Of a stretch of 64,000 nt of DNA, positions 61,817 to 64,000 are shown one piece after another. The notes under the pieces are model-generated. The model had not been told where the DNA came from, ran no database searches, and saw only the letters and a list, made by a program, of their open reading frames with translations. The position numbers and the translations under genes were made by a program. The first letter of the stretch is position 1; each line of letters begins with the position of its first letter. This DNA is from Squalus acanthias (Eukaryota), in the NCBI GenBank assembly GCA_030390025.1, contig JASTWF010000070.1, forward strand, positions 62,001-126,000, in the 5' to 3' direction.

Positions 61817-63670
61817 AGATGACGAAAGAGATAGAGAGTAAGATGAAGCAGAAAAAGAGCGCATATGACATATGTCAGGTCGAGAATACATCTGAGAATC
61901 AGGCTAAATATAGAAAGTTCAGAGGAGAAGTGGAAAAGAAAATAAGAGGGGCAAAGAGAGGGTATGAGAACAGAATGACAGCCAACATAAAAGATAATCC
62001 AAAAGTCTTCTATAGGCATATAAATAGTAAATGGGTAGTAAGAGGAGGGGTGGGGCCGATTAGGGATCAAAAAGGAAACCTACGCATGGAGGTAGAGGGT
62101 ATGGCTGAGGTACTAAATGAGTACTTTGCATCAGTCTTCACCGAGGAAGAAGATGTTGCCATTGACATAGTGAAGGAGGACGTAGAGGAGATACTGGATT
62201 GGATAAAAATTGGTAAAGGCGAGGTAGTAGAAAGGCTGGCTATACTTAAAGTAGGATAAGTCACCAGGACCAGATGGGATGCATGCTAGGACGCTGAGGG
62301 AAGTGAGGGAAGAAATTGCGGAGGTGCTGGCCATAATCTTCCAATCCTCCTTAGAAACGGGGGTGGTGCCAGAGGACTGGAGAATTGCAAATGTTACACC
62401 ATTGTTCAAAAAAGGGTGTAAGGATAAACCCAGCAACTACAGGCCAGTCAGCTTAACCTCGGTAGTGGGGAAGCTTTTAGAAACAATAATCAGGGGCAAA
62501 ATTAACAGTCACTTGGACAAGTGTGGATTAATTAAGGAAAGCCAGCACGGATTCGTTAAAGGCAAATTGTGTTTAACTAACTTGATTGGGTTCTTTGATG
62601 AGGTAACAGAGAGGGTTGATGAGGGTAATGCGGTTGACTTGGTGTACATGGATTTCCAAAAGGCGTTCAACAAAGTGCCACATAATAGGCTTACCAGCAA
62701 AGTTGAAGTCCATGGAATAAAAGGGACAGTGGCAGCATGGATACGGAATTGGCTAAGTGATAGGAAACAGAGAGTAGTGGTGAACGGTTGTTTTTCGGAC
62801 TGGAGGAAGGTACACAGTGGTGTTTCCCAGGGGTCGGTTCTAGGACCACTGCTTTTCTTGATATATATTGATGACTTGGACGTGGGTGTACAGGGTACAA
62901 TTTCAAAATTTGCAGGTGACGCAAAACTTGGAAGTATAGTGAACAGTGAGGAGGAGAGTGATAGACTTCATGAGGACATAGACAGGCTGGTGGAATGGGC
63001 GGAAACGTGGCAGATGAAATTTAATGCAGAAAAGTGTGAAGTGATACATTTTGGTAGAAAGAATGAGGAGAGAACATATCAACTAAATGGTACAATCCTG
63101 AAGAGGGTGCACGAATAGAGAGCCCGGGGGAGTATATGTGCACAAATCGTAGAAGGTGGCAGGACAGGTTGAGAAAGCAGTTAAAATAACTTACGGAGTC
63201 CTGTGCTTCATGAATAGAGGTATAGAGTACAAAAGTGTGAAATTATGGTGAACCTGTATAAAACACTGGTTCGGCCTCAACTGGAGAATTGTGTCCAATT
63301 CTGGGCACCGCACTTTAGGGAGGATGTGAAGGCCTTAGAGAGGGTGCAGAAAAGATTTACGAGAATGATTCCAGGGATGAGGGACTTCAGTTACATTGAT
63401 AGACTGGAGAAGTTGGGGTTGTTCTCCTTAGAGCAGAGACATTGAGAGGAAATTTGATAGAGGTGTTCAAAATCATGAGGGTTCTGGACTGTGTAGATAG
63501 AGGGAAACTGTGCCCATTGGCAGAAGAGTCGAGAACTAGAGGACACAGATTTAAGGTGATTGGCAAAAGAACCAAAGGCGACATAAGAAAAAACTTTTTA
63601 TGCAGCGAGTGGTTAGGATCTGGATGGCACGAATGGCCTTCTTCTGTGCTGTAACCATTCTATGAGCCTA
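61817..63670 (+). mobile_element. CR1 LINE ORF2 fragment nested in an opposite-strand CR1 3' end
   Basis: WRIANVTPLFKKG, YMDFQKAFNKVPH, GVSQGSVLGP; host CR1 resumes near 63675. Confidence 0.9.
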
Positions 63671-64000
63671 TGATTCTATTCACCTCAACTACTCCCTACG
63701 GTAGCGAGTTCCACATTCTCACCACCCTCTGGGTAAAGAAATTTCTTCTGAATTCCTGTTTGATTTCTTGGTGACTATCTTATATTGATGGCCTCTAGTT
63801 TTGCTCTTTCCCACAAGTGGAAACATTCTCTCTGTGTCTACTCTTATCAAAACCTTTCATCATTTTAAAGGCCTCTATAAGGTGATGATGGGATAGTGTT
63901 GAGTACCGTTAAACAATAGTGGATAGCAGTTCTGATGAAAGGCCATCGACCTGAAACGTTAACTCTGTTTCTCTCTCCACAGATGCTGCCTGACCTGCTG

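Overview
Repeat-rich vertebrate genomic DNA, almost certainly a shark/cartilaginous fish (shark-type CR1 and L2 LINEs, Deu-domain tRNA SINEs, a sigma-cart-type Ig light chain). Between the repeats is an immunoglobulin-superfamily cluster that only appears when exons are spliced by hand. (1) An apparently intact minus-strand gene (ATG 7065) with leader, germline-fused VJ exon, C1 exon, Cys-containing TM exon and several cytoplasmic exons, plus an Ig octamer in its promoter. (2) A germline-joined sigma-cart (type I/NS5-like) Ig light chain (27158-31585) whose C exon has no stop after the terminal Cys and carries a splice-donor-like site there. (3) A plus-strand leader-VJ-C1 gene (43186-44716) ending in a Cys-containing GPI-signal-like exon, with a frameshifted V. 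(4) A chimeric relic of genes 1 and 3 lying head-to-head with gene 1. Genes 1 and 3 look like two chains of a non-rearranging, antigen-receptor-like surface receptor family linked to an IgL cluster; this is the main candidate novel system. Also present: an internally deleted Gypsy element whose PBS is complementary to its own LTR, a related solo LTR, a decayed Harbinger transposon, Penelope-type minimal hammerhead motifs, two minisatellites, local duplications and one assembly gap. All gene models are manual, and repeat boundaries are approximate.
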